Assembly: GCF_006345805.1 (NCBI RefSeq)
Contig: NC_043000.1
Location: 39,742,001 to 39,806,000 of the forward strand
Direction: 5' to 3'
Source of the DNA: Octopus sinensis
Taxonomy: Eukaryota
Length of the DNA: 64,000 nt
Below, one piece after another: positions 10,283 to 22,244 of the stretch (the first letter of the stretch is position 1; each line of letters starts with the position of its first letter). The notes under the pieces were generated by a model that was not told the DNA's origin, did not search any database, and saw nothing but the letters and a program-made list of their open reading frames with translations. A program made the translations under genes and the position numbers.

Positions 10283-13200
10283 AAATCTTTATTAAGATCA
10301 TGCGAATTTATATAGAATTGGACATCACAGGACAAACAATTACAAAGAATGTTATGAGAGTTTTAAAAAAAAATTTTAATTTAATTATAATGTAACACGA
10401 ACGAAAACTTGTCTTACTTTTGCCTTTAAACGAAAACTTGGCTTACTTTTGCCTTTATAACGAGAACTTTAGTGCGTTTATTTAATTTTTTTTGTTTTAA
10501 AAGACATTAGAAATTATAACATATGTAAAATGAAAAGGAATGGGAAGTGCCGATTTCGAATTTTGAACCCGGCAGCCTATAAGGCCAAGCAACTAATTTT
10601 TCCTTTCTTCGATGATTAAGCTGGGTTACTAACACCCACCTTTCTCATCACATCCTTCCAACGTTTCACATACTCTTTCTGTGGCAGGCTCCTCTTCTCC
10701 AACCCCGTCTTGCTCTTCAGATGATATCTGAAGTATTTCAACAAACCGAGACCAGAGACAAAGGACCCTGTCACTAAACCTTCCATTCTGGTTCTCCACA
10801 CACACTCTTTCAGTACTGCCACCGTACAGTAAAAACAAGCCTTACCTTCCTTTGAGAGTCCAGTTGACGGTATCATCTTTATCATAGATCCAGCCGACAG
10901 CTGTACTCGTCCCAGATGCGACAACACGTGTTCAACGTAACTTATCAAGCTTGACAGCTCCCGACATTGTACAAAGGCGTGTTGAACGGTTTCATCGTCC
11001 AACCCTCATCTTGGACACGTCGGTGGCACTGACATTCCGTGCCTGGATAACTTATCGCGAATGGGTAATGCATTACTATAGCACTGCCAGGTCAGCGATT
11101 TTTGGTAATTGTCCAAATACCCCGGCCTGAAAGTCTTCTTAAACAGGTTGGAAAGTTGATTCTCATCGAACCCGAGAGCCCCTCCTAGGACGTCGTCATT
11201 TTTTGCCTCTACCAGCCCTCTATAGAACACCGAGGTGGTATTCCCGCTGCCGGTCTTGCCCACCTTGTGGATCAGCCAGAGTGCCTGTCGGCACTCCTGC
11301 CATAAAGTCAGGTTACGTCTTTTAATGAAACCGGGTTTAAATCTCTCCATAGAGGCCGGTCGCGGGAAGAATTCCTCTGCCAGCGGACTCCACACCTTAT
11401 CACCCTCCAGGTGACACCAGAGATGTCTCAGCCTCAACGCATGCTTGCGCATCATCAGCCAAGGCATCCCCAGCCCACCCTTTAGCGGTTCCTGGCAACA
11501 CACGGAGCGTCTCACAAGTGGCTTTCCTCCCCTCCACAAAAAGCGGAACAGGAGTCATTCCAACTTGCTTAACCACGAATCGAGGCAAGGCACGACGGTC
11601 AGGCGGTAGGTGATGACAGAGGATATAAGCATCTGTACCACCTCCGCCCTCCCTTTCAAGGAAAGATGCCTTCCGGACCACTTCCGTACTATAGCTTCTA
11701 CCTTGTTCGCTACCTCGCTCCAATTCTTCTCCGTCTGAGAGTCTGGACCAAACCAAACTCCGAGCAATTTAACAGGACCATCTGTCCAGTGCCCAACAAC
11801 ACTGGACGATATCGGCTTGTTCCTCCAGGTGCCGAGGCGCAAACCGGTGGACTTGTCCTTGTTAACTTTTGCCCCTGCCACCGCTTCGTATCTTCGGAGA
11901 GCACCTTCTACACGAGGTAGCTGTGCTTCGTTGGACACGATGAGAGTGACGTCATCCGCATAGGTAGAAACAGACTTACCGCATCCGATTTCATTAGGGT
12001 TGCCTCCCAACTTCCGCAGCAAAGGCTCAAGAGCCAAAACATACAGGAGCGGGGACAAGGGACACCCTTGACGAACTGAACGCTTGATCGAAAACGGCTC
12101 CGTTAGGTAACCGTTTATCTGGACTGTGGACTTGATGCCGCTGTACATAGCTGAGATCCACCCGCAAAAGCCAAGGCCCAGCACAGCCGCCACGAGGACC
12201 GCCGCCAAGTATCGATGGTCTACCCTATCGAACGCTTTACTTTGGTCTAAATGGACCAATGCCCCTCCTTTGCCGGCTAATTTCCCGACCCTGTCTATAG
12301 TGTAGCGGAGAAGGTGAAGATTGTCCTGGATCGACCTGCCTGAGATTGCACATGTCTGTGCCTTCCCGACAAGTTTCTCCTCGACAGCCGTCAACCTTTT
12401 TGCTAACACCTTGGCCAAAATCTTAAACTCTACACTAAGAAGAGTTATTTTCCCCGGCGCAACCGGCCATAACCTCTCTTACCTCCGTGGGAGAGATCGA
12501 TCCTTCTCAGCATTCCGCCTCACGTGTCGAGAGCCGCGGCCCACCGGCTAGGAAGTCCTTTAAGGCATCCCCTCGCTCGAGCGGACCGCCATCCCCAAAT
12601 AACCGGGCGAAATGCTGGTGAAGGACCTTCTGCATCTCCTCCTGTCCATAGATCTTGCGACCCTGCTCGTCAGTTAAAGACTTAATACAGGACTTTTTGC
12701 CCTTCTGACTCTGCTCACGACGGGCCCATCCGGCAACGTTAATACCTTCTCGTTTCCCGGCACGTAACTTAGCTCTGACTCTACACCCCTCATGCTTGGC
12801 GTTGAGGTGACGGTACAAGACCGTTCTCGCTGCCAACACTCCAGATGTACAGCCAGATTCCATTGCCTCGTCTAAGTTCTTCACTAATTCGCCCTCTATT
12901 CTAGTCCTATCTAAACTTAGCTGTTTGCTAAATCTAATGGACTCCAAACGGATGGCTCTTTTGAGGGCGAGCCACCATCTATTATTAATGATGGTGCCAC
13001 ATAATGCCCTCTGGACTAATTCCTTAATCCGGGTACGGAAAGCTTCACAAGTCAAATAGACTTGTTCATTTTCCAGTATCCGGGACCCTGTCTATGGCAT
13101 TTATCTACCTGTACCTCACACGTCACAAGTTTGTGATCCGTGTAAGGCACAACAGAAAATTGTGGACAGCTAACGCTATTCCTATCTCGTTCCTTAAAAA

Positions 13201-13473
13201 ATACCCTATCTATATACGATCTGCGTGAGCCGTCGTTGTTACTCCACGTCCACTGTAGAACGTTCGGCTCATCCAGTCGAAAACGGTCTACTAGATTAAA
13301 ACTCGCTAGTAGAACCTTGAAGCAAGGATTCCCTTTTCTATCGTTCGAGCCTACACTATCAACCCGCGCATCGAGAATAGTGTTGAAGTCTCCTACCAAG
13401 ACTAACGTTTTAGACGTCACTAGAAAGTGCTCCAGGTCCCGATAAAAACCGGTCTGCCCACACACATTAGGAG
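10283..13473 (-). mobile_element. 5'-truncated Tx1/L1-clade element (copy 2), close relative of copy 1
   Basis: ORF2 fragments at 13052-13465, 12507-13055, 11555-12418, 11006-11539 and 10616-11002 align to copy 1. There is an internal deletion near 12445 and the 3' end is AATAAAGATTTC. Confidence 0.9.
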
Positions 13474-13479
13474 GAAAAG

Positions 13480-14494
13480 AGAGAGAGAATGATACATAGG
13501 TTTAGAAAAAGAAGGAGATTGTGACGTGGGGCGGAAAACTAAAGAGGTAGAGGGATAGTATGAGATATAAGGTGGTAAAGAGGGAGGGAGAGAGACAAAA
13601 AGTGAGAGAGGGGGAAGGAAACAGAGATGATGTATGAGATATATGCTTTGTGAGGGTAGGAGAGTAAGAATAGGGGAAGGATGTTGTATTAATACAGATT
13701 AAGGAGGGGGAGATTTTCTAAGTGTCCTTCATTTTTATATAAAAGTCAAAACCAAACTTAAACATACTTGGCTGTTATATCTAGTATCACATTAGATCCC
13801 CAATTGGACTATATTTCTCCAGAAGCTTCTTAGAGTGCCCTTCATGATTACAATATAAAGAATAGTGTGATGAGCTGTGATTTCTAGCAAAATGCCTAAC
13901 TAACAATACGTTTTATACACGCTTCTTCACTTGTTTTCTCATTCTAGGAAGAAGTCTGACCAGATTCGGGAAAAATTTTATGAATGCTTCTTAAATTATC
14001 TTTCAGTTTTGTATGAAAAACAAAGCAACTTTAAGTGTACTGGGCGGTTATTTCTAGCATGATGTCAAACCATGTGTAGGACTATTCTTTGAATAAATGC
14101 GTCTTAAATTGTCCGTCAATGTCTTGGCTATTTAATTTCCTCAGTTATGAACTACACAGTAATTATGTAATTAATCATTAGTTAAATAATTAGCTTCTGG
14201 TAAAATGATTAGCGAGAGAGAAATTTTAAGGTAAATCTGAAAATATAATTTATTTGTAAGAAAGTAACGTTTCTTAGAAATAAAAAGAGAGGAAGAAGGA
14301 AAGAGTAAGATATAAGGAGGTGCGAGAGATAGAGAGAGAGAGAAAGGAAGAAAGAAAGAGTGAGAGAGAGAAACCCTAGGGATGGGGAGGGATATATTAA
14401 TGAATGAGGTGCTGAGAAAAATGAAGAAAGAAAACCTAGGTAAAGGGAGGGATATGTTAATGTGCGAGAGTGCAGAGAAAGAAAGGGATAGTGC

Positions 14495-14544
<50 letters not shown>

Positions 14545-15365
14545 AGAGATTTATTTATATTTTCAGTAACTGAGGGAAAGGATGAGGCGAGAGATACAGT
14601 AAGAGGGGCGGGGTGGTTAATATGAATATATAATGAGGTGCTGAGAGAGAGGAGACAAAGTAGAATAATATGTTGTGTAGGCGACAGAGAGAAAGAGTAT
14701 GAGAAAGAGAGAGAGCGTGAGAGAGAGAGAGAGTATGAGAGAACATGAGAAAGATGTGACAGGTGGATTGGTATAGCAATATATATATAGTAAGGGAAGG
14801 AGGAAGACAGAAACATAGATAAGAGGGAGAGAGAGTGTATGAGAGAGAGAGAATGAGAGAGCATGAGAAAGATAAGACAGGCGGATTGGTATAGCAATAT
14901 ATATATAGTAAGGGAGGTAGGAAGAGAGAGAGAAACTATGAGAGAGAGAGAGAGAGTATGAGAGAGAGAGAAAGAGAGAGCTTGAGAAGGATAAACAGGC
15001 GGATTGGTATAGCAATATATATATAGTAAGGGAGGTAGGAAGAGAGAGAGAAACTATGAGAGAGAGTTCTTTGTGTTTCATAAGGTAAAGAGAAATGGGT
15101 TTAAGCAAGGGAGGGGGAGAATAATTAATGAGATGGGAGACGGAGAGAGAAGAGAAAGAGACAGAGTAACAAAGAATCAGAGAGAGAGAGAACGCGTTTG
15201 TACAAAAAAAAAAAAAAATTTAGTATTAGGGGGAGGGTATGAGTTAATAAAGAAAGCAAAATGGGCGGAGTCATTCTACATTTTACAAGGTAGTGGGAGG
15301 TGTCAACGTAGAAAGGGTAAGAACTCTTATTGCATCCCTTTTTACTTTAAATTGTATTATTTTCT
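13480..15365. repeat. GA-rich duplicated block, copy a
   Basis: Shares long unique segments (e.g. TAGTATCACATTAGATCCCCAATTGG; ATGGGCGGAGTCATTCTACA) with 16866-18870, and in inverted orientation with 26020-26320 plus 31410-32240 and with 53930-55060. Confidence 0.8.
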
Positions 15366-15639
15366 TGGATCCTCGGTAACGGAAAACATGCGATTCCGGG
15401 AAAAAATACAACAATCAATAAATATCCATTTTACCGGAAGTTATGACGGAAAAATCGGATCTTGTGAATTTTCTAAAAGTCCTCTCCCCACTCCCGCAAG
15501 GTGTGTTTACGCAATTTTATTTTGTCATATTCGTTTCTACGCAGTTGTTAAACCCCAGCAGGTTTGGAATTTTTGTTTTTGTTAATCGGTGAAGATCTTT
15601 ATATTAACCCCTATTTCTTATCGTTTATTTGTTTCAGTG

Positions 15640-16860
15640 GAAAAAGTTGGGAAAGAAAGACAAAAAGAAAGAAGGAAAGAAAGGGAGAAGGAAGGAAATT
15701 AGGAAGGAAGGAAGAAAGAAAGAAAACAGGAAGGAAAGCAGGACAGAAGAAAATAAGAAAGAATTGAAGGAAAAAGGATATAAATAAAGAAAGAATAAAA
15801 TATAGTCAGTAGGAAGTAAAGAAGGAAGGAAGGAAGGAACAAGAAACAAAGAAAGCAAGAAAGAAAGAAAGAAGGAAAGCGAAGTGATTTTGTAATAAAC
15901 GATGAGATGAGAGCGGGAGAGAGAGAAATATAGTAAGAAAGATGAAAGAAAGAAATGAAAGAGATACGAGCGGGAGAGAGCGGCAAAGAGAGAATATAGA
16001 AAAGAAAGGAAAAAAGAAACAAAGCACCAGAAAGAATGAAGAAAAGAAAGAAGGAAGGAAGGAAGAAGAAAAGAAAGAAAGGGGGGAAGAAGGAAAGAAA
16101 GAGAGGAAGAAGGAAAGAAAGAGAGGAAGAAGGAAAGAAAAAGAGGAAGAAGGAAAGAAAGAGAGGAAGAAGGAAAGAAAGAGAGGAAGAAGGAAAGAAA
16201 GAGATGAAGAAGGAAAGAAAGAGTGAGAGAAAAAGGGTGAAAGAAGGGAGGAAGGAAGGTAAAGAGGAACGAAAACAATAAAGAAAAAGAAGGAAGGAAA
16301 TAAGGAAAGAATGAAAGAAACGAAAGAAGGGAGAAAGGAAAGGAACAAAAGAAGGAAGGAAAGAAAGAATGAGAAAGAAAGAAAGAGAGAGAGAATGAAA
16401 GAGAAATACAGGAAAGGCGACGTGATTCTGTAAAAAAGGATAAGGAGAGGGAGGAAAGCGAGAGAGAGAGAGAGAAAGGTAAAAAAAAAAGAGAGGGTGG
16501 GAGAAAGAGAGAATTAGAAGAATAAATGTTAAGAGAGGAGGATTATGAGTTGAGAGATAAAGAGGAAAAAGGCGGAGCGTTAATATATAATGAGGTATGA
16601 GAGAGAGAGAGAGAGAGAGAGAGAAAAGAGAAAGAGAAACAAAGACAGGCAAAGACAAAGAGACAGACAGACATACGAATGGACAAGGTGAAAGAGAGAG
16701 ACTGAGATAGAGAAAGCAAGATAGTAAAGAGAGGAAAAGACAGACAGAGAGAAATAGAGGGAGGTAGAAGGGAGTAGAAACTTAACATAAAAGGAGAAGT
16801 ATGAGGTAAGAGAGAAAGTAGGAGGGGTGTAGTAATAGAATATTATATGATGAAGTGAGA
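15640..16860. repeat. Purine-rich low-complexity tract (GAAA/GGAA/GA repeats)
   Basis: Composition and short tandem units such as GAAGAAGGAAAGAAAGAGAG. Confidence 0.9.
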
Positions 16861-16865
16861 AAAGA

Positions 16866-18870
16866 GAGAGAGAATGATACATAGGTTTAGAAAAAGAGGG
16901 AGATTGTGACGTGGGGCGGAAAACTAAAGAGGTAGAGGGATAGTATGAGATATAAGGTGGTAAAGAGGGAGGGAGAGAGACAAAAAGTGAGAGAGGGGGA
17001 AGGAAACAGAGATGATGTATGAGATATATGCTTTGTGAGTGTAGGAGAGTAAGAGTTGAGAGAAAACAAGGGATGATGGAGGCGGGGTTAAACAATAACA
17101 TAAATAAGTGACAGAGGGGGGGGAGAGAGGAGTAGAGAAGGAGAGGGAATGATGTGTGTGATAAGAGAGGGAGTCTATCATATATTAGAGAAGGGAATAG
17201 GGGAAGGATGTTGTATTAATACAGACTAAGGAGGGGGAGATTTTCTAAGTGTCCTTCATTTTTATATAAAAGTCAAAACCAAACTTAAACATAATTGGCT
17301 GTTATATCTAGTATCACATTAGATCCCCAATTGGACTATATTTCTCCAGAAGCTTCTTAGAGTGCCCTTCATGATTACAATATAAAGAATAGTGTGATGA
17401 GCTGTGATTTCTAGCAAGATGCCTAACTAACAATACGTTTTATACACGCTTCTTCACTTGTTTTCTCATTCTAGGAAGAAGTCTGACCAGATTCGGGAAA
17501 AGTTGGTTATGAATGCTTATAAATTGTCTTTCAGTTTTGTATGAAAAACAAAGCAACTTTGAGTGTACTGGGCGGTTATTTCTAGCAGAATGTCAAAAAC
17601 CATGTGTAGGACTATTCTTGAATAAATGGTCTTAAATTGTCCGTCAATGTCTTGGCTATTTAATTTCCTCAGTTATGAACTACACAGTAATTATGTAATT
17701 AATCAAATTAAATAATTAGCTTCTAGTAAAATAATTAGCGAGAGAGAAATTTTAGGTAAATCTTGAAATATAATTTATTTGTAAGAAAGTAACGTTCTTA
17801 GAAATAAAAAGAGAGGAAGAAGGAAAGAGTAAGATATAAGAGGTGCGAGAGAGAGATAGAGAGAGAGAGAAAGGAAGAAAGAAAGAGTGAGAGAGAGAGA
17901 ACCCTAGGGGAGGGATATGGGAGGGAATATATTTAATGAATGAGGTGCTGAGAAAAAAAAGAGAAAGAAAACCTCGGTAAGGGAGGGATGAGGGATATGT
18001 TAAGGTGCGAGAGTGCAGAGAAAGAAAGGGATAGTGTGCGTGGAGAGTGTGAGGTGAGAGAGAGAGAGAGAAGAGAGATGAAGAGAGAGATTGATATATA
18101 TTTTCAGAACTGAGGGAAAGGATGAGGCGAACGATACAGTAAGAGGGGCGAGGGGGTTAATTGGTCGAGAAGGTGGTTTAATATGAATATATAATGAGGT
18201 GCTGAGGAGAGAGAGAGGGAGGAGACAAAGAGAGAAAAGTAGAATAATATGTTGTGTAGCAACCAGAGAGAGAGAGAGTATGAGAAAGAGAGCGAGAGAT
18301 CTGAAAGAGAGAGAGCATGAAGGAGATGAGAGATCATGAGAGAGAGAGCAGAAAGAGAGACAGAGAGTGCATGAGAAAGATAAAGGACAGGCGGATTTGG
18401 TATAATAGAGAAATTATATAAGTAAATGGAGGGAGAAGGGGCCAAGGGAGGAAGAGGAGGAGAGAGAGAACATATGAAACTATGAGAGGAGAGAGAGAGT
18501 GATTGATGAACAAATGCTTTGTTTCGTAAGGTAAAGAGAAATGGGTTTGTTTGTTTAAGCAAGGGAGGGGAGAATAATTAATGAGTGGGTGGGAGCGGTG
18601 GGAGACGGAGAGAGACAGAGAGGAGAGAAGGAGAGAGAGGATAAGAAAGAGACAGAAGAGTAACAAAGAATGAGAGCGAGAGAGAGAGAGAGAACGCGAT
18701 TTGAACGATATATATATAGTATTAGGGGAAGGGTATGAGTTAATAAAGAAAGCAAAATGGGCGGAGTCATTCTACACCTTACAACGTAGTGGGAGGTGTC
18801 AACGTTAAAAGGGTAAGAACAATAACTCTTATTCGATCCCTTTTTACTTTAAATTGTATTATTTTCTTTT
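16866..18870. repeat. GA-rich duplicated block, copy b (direct repeat of copy a)
   Basis: GATACATAGGTTTAGAAAAAG...GTGACGTGGGGCGG occurs at ~13491 and ~16877. Confidence 0.8.
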
Positions 18871-21059
18871 GTGTTAAAATCTGTTTTACTGCGCAGAATT
18901 GGAAGATTTCCAAATATGATTTAATGTAAATAATAGATCGAAGTGTTTATAAAACAATATCAATAAATATCGAACATTTCTCCACATCACTGATTCGTTT
19001 TCATTTCACATTTTTTAATATAGCAATTCTTACCACTTAATTTCGTCCCCGTAATCTCCACACGGCACCTATTGTGGATGCAGCTGCTAGAAATAGCAGC
19101 CAAACCTCGCATACTAAATGAACCCTCTTATTTTTTTAATTGCTTTAAAATTTATTTATTAAGTTGAGGAAAAAGTTCGTGCGCTGTGTTTGGTCTTTAT
19201 TTTGAAGAATAATTGTTGCTTTTGAATAAATTCTTGCATAAAATATCATTATTTCAACACGACGCATGGACATTTCCCTCAATCTAATATTTTCTATTTT
19301 CTAATTGGCATTTGGTCAGATAACTGCAAAGATAAGCCATTGACTGTGTACTACAAAGAGAATGGAGCAAGAATATGCAATGAAAGAGCAGTTTAGTGCA
19401 GCCGTGCACTGGTTGTCGTCCTATTTTAAGCTGCAAATTTGTGAAAGTAAACTTCAAGAACGAAAGGGATCAGACCGGAAGTGATGAGAATAGAACAGGA
19501 AACAAGTGAATGCTATCAAAAGGAGAAAAATTCAGCTCATAGTGACGACGCCTCTACCACCGAAACATCTCGACACACTGTTTTTACTCATCGTAGGCCG
19601 GTCTCATGGATGTGTGACGGAGCTGTTCCGGGGAAACAGCTACGAGAAAGGAAACCGACGGAAATTGACGCATCTCGACGGTTATGAAGGAGTTCAGTGT
19701 GAAGATATTAAATGCCTTTCGGTATTGCTTCAGATGTTTGACACCCGAATTTCCTGCCTCAGAGCTTCCAGAAAATGGAGATTTTAAATTATATTTTCTA
19801 AAACTGAGCTTCTGATGCTGTAAATTGCGATTATATCTTTGGGGTGAGGAGTTTGGGAAAATTCACAGAAGATGTCTTGCTTTTTTCATAACTTTCAGAA
19901 AATTAGTAAATTTGTAATGGAATTTTCTATAAATGCCTTTCAGAGTGTGTCGATTACAATTATATCGGAAATGAATATGAGAAAATTAATTTGGTGGATT
20001 ATTACACATACCTAGTACAACAGGTCACATATCGACAAAAGGAAACTTGAAATTTCGAAGAAAATTGTGATGTGCGTCAGTGTGTGTCTCTGTGTGTGTG
20101 TGTGTGTGTGTTCTCATTATTTTTTCTTTCCACATTAAATTCCAATATAATCGCATTTTACACACTCTGAAAGGTATTTTTAGAAAATTACATTTGAAAA
20201 TAACCCATTTTTGCTAAAGTTCTGAGCAAACACAGACAATTCGCGTGAATTTTACGAAACTCTTCTTTCCGCCCCCAGACAAATTTGTTTCACTACAAAT
20301 TCCGATATAATCAGAATGATCACCATCTGTAGCGTATTTACAGAAAATTTAATTAAATAATGTCCCTTTGGCGGGGAGTTATGAGGAAACAAATCCGGTG
20401 CGTCGCACACTTCTGTGAGAATGGCTGCCTTCCCAACACGGGTCTTCTGCTGGAAATCGCTGTTCCAGTTGGAAAGCTATTCGGCTGTCCTCTCCCACAT
20501 CTCTGCGTGTCGGTGAGACATTACCGTCAAATCCAAACACCATCTGAGTCATCTCTTTTCCTCACTAACATTTCTCTCTTTCTTTCACTCTCTCTCTCTC
20601 TCTCTTTCTCTAATTCTTTCTTTCTTTCTTTCTTTCTCTCTGTCTCGCTTTCTCTTTCTCTCTTAGTGTTATGTTGCAGCCCTACACAACCATCAGAATC
20701 ATCCTCACCTGACCTAAGACCGACAATGTCAAAGAAGGTAGTTGTCCATCTGCAGCTGACATGCACCCTAAGCCTCGACTCCTTGAAGCATCAACAGCTT
20801 AAAGTGTGTAAGAAGCCGGTTCCCATTGTTAACAGCATGTAGGTCGATGGCAGAAATATCTGGTCGGTGGTGGAAGATTGAGACAGATGCACAGGTATCT
20901 CGACGAAATTCAGCTGCGAGAAAGTGGCATCTGTCTTTACGATCAACCATGTGTTTCATTTTTCTTAAATGAAAGCTTGAATCTTTTATTTAAATAAGAA
21001 ATTTCAGTGTTTTTCCCTTTTGTACAGACATATTACGTTTATTAAGTTGTCCAAAAATG

Positions 21060-22205
21060 TCTGACAAATAGAATAATTTGTATAACGAATCTTCATTGTG
21101 AAACAACTCTGAATTTAATCCCAGCATGAATATTATGTCTTCATTTTCTTAAAGTTCTAACAATTGTTTCAAAGCTTCTCCATTTCAGATCCATCACACT
21201 TCTGTTCTTCATAAAACTTTGCTGAAATTGGATGCCATTTTCTCACAGAAGAGGAAACTATTGAAAACAAGAATTTTTATAACGTTAATAATTTTAACCG
21301 CTTCTTGTAATATTGCAAAAGTATCTGGAAATATTTTCTGAGAAACAAACACCTCTCAGTGAAGATTGCAGTAAGTGACAGAAATAGGATTTTTATTTTA
21401 AAAATTTAACTTGAACCCCAGTTTCCCTCCTTATCATAGCTGTTGCATCTTTATTACATACTACATTACATGTATACCATTCAAGGCCTACTTCTCAGAA
21501 ACGATCGTCTACTTTTATCTACAAAGTCTCCATCTAACGAACCAATCTTCCTGGACCCTATTCTATATTACTATAGTTTGTAATTTTAGTTGCTTTATCT
21601 AATTGAATTGCATGTTTAGAGACGTTGTTTAAAAACCTTCGCATAATTTATTCCAATTAATCATTATTAATTTCTGAAATACAAATACTAACATGATCAT
21701 TTGACAGACTAACTTTGATTCATATGCATGTTATTTCAATGTATAATTCCTGATGTTTTCATTGCTGCTGCTAATGCAAGTTCTTCGTATTTGGGGTTTC
21801 TTTTATCTCTTGCAATTAAATAAGCAGCTTCAAAAGATGTCCTTAAGTATTTAACTCTGTCTATTGAGTGAATAACTTGCTCAAGAGATTGCTTCTGTGT
21901 ACTGATAGCCTTTCAAGACAATTCTATAGTCTTATTATTATAAAGGAATGTCTTGAATCAAAACGTTTTTAATTTTTGTGGGCTTCATATTTTCAGACAC
22001 CAAACAATTCTTACAAATAAAGCTGACCGAAATTCTTTCAATATTTGTCCAAAGTAAAAGTAAATCCATTATATTTCCTCCTTTGTCTTTCTGAGAGAAT
22101 TACTTATTTCTAAATTCATGATACTCTTTCAAGTTCTTCACTCAGTTATATCATCGTCGTTAGTTTCTGTAGTTTTTATTCCTCGATAGATTTGACCATT
22201 TCTCT
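21060..22205 (-). pseudogene. hAT (Buster/Charlie-type) transposase fossil
   Basis: Hand translation of the minus strand gives ICKNCLVSENMKPTKIK, SFEAAYLIAR, VSLSNDHVS, HAIQLDKAT, GLEWYTCNVVCNKDATAM, QEAVKIINVIK and RTEV*WI. These are in Buster-transposase order, with many stops. Confidence 0.75.
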
Positions 22206-22244
22206 ATAGAGAATATATTTTGTCTTTAATTACAATATGCCCCC

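Noticed and set aside
14382-18770. Many Leu/Ser/Phe- or Lys/Glu/Arg-rich ORFs
   Set aside because: Translations of GA/CT microsatellites, which lack stop codons.
19475-19482. CCGGAAGT ETS site as another promoter
   Set aside because: Isolated 8-mer without the NRF1-like partner or cassette homology.
20360-20959. ORFs and GC-richer segment as a host exon
   Set aside because: No recognisable domain, interrupted by a CT microsatellite, and no clear splice pair.
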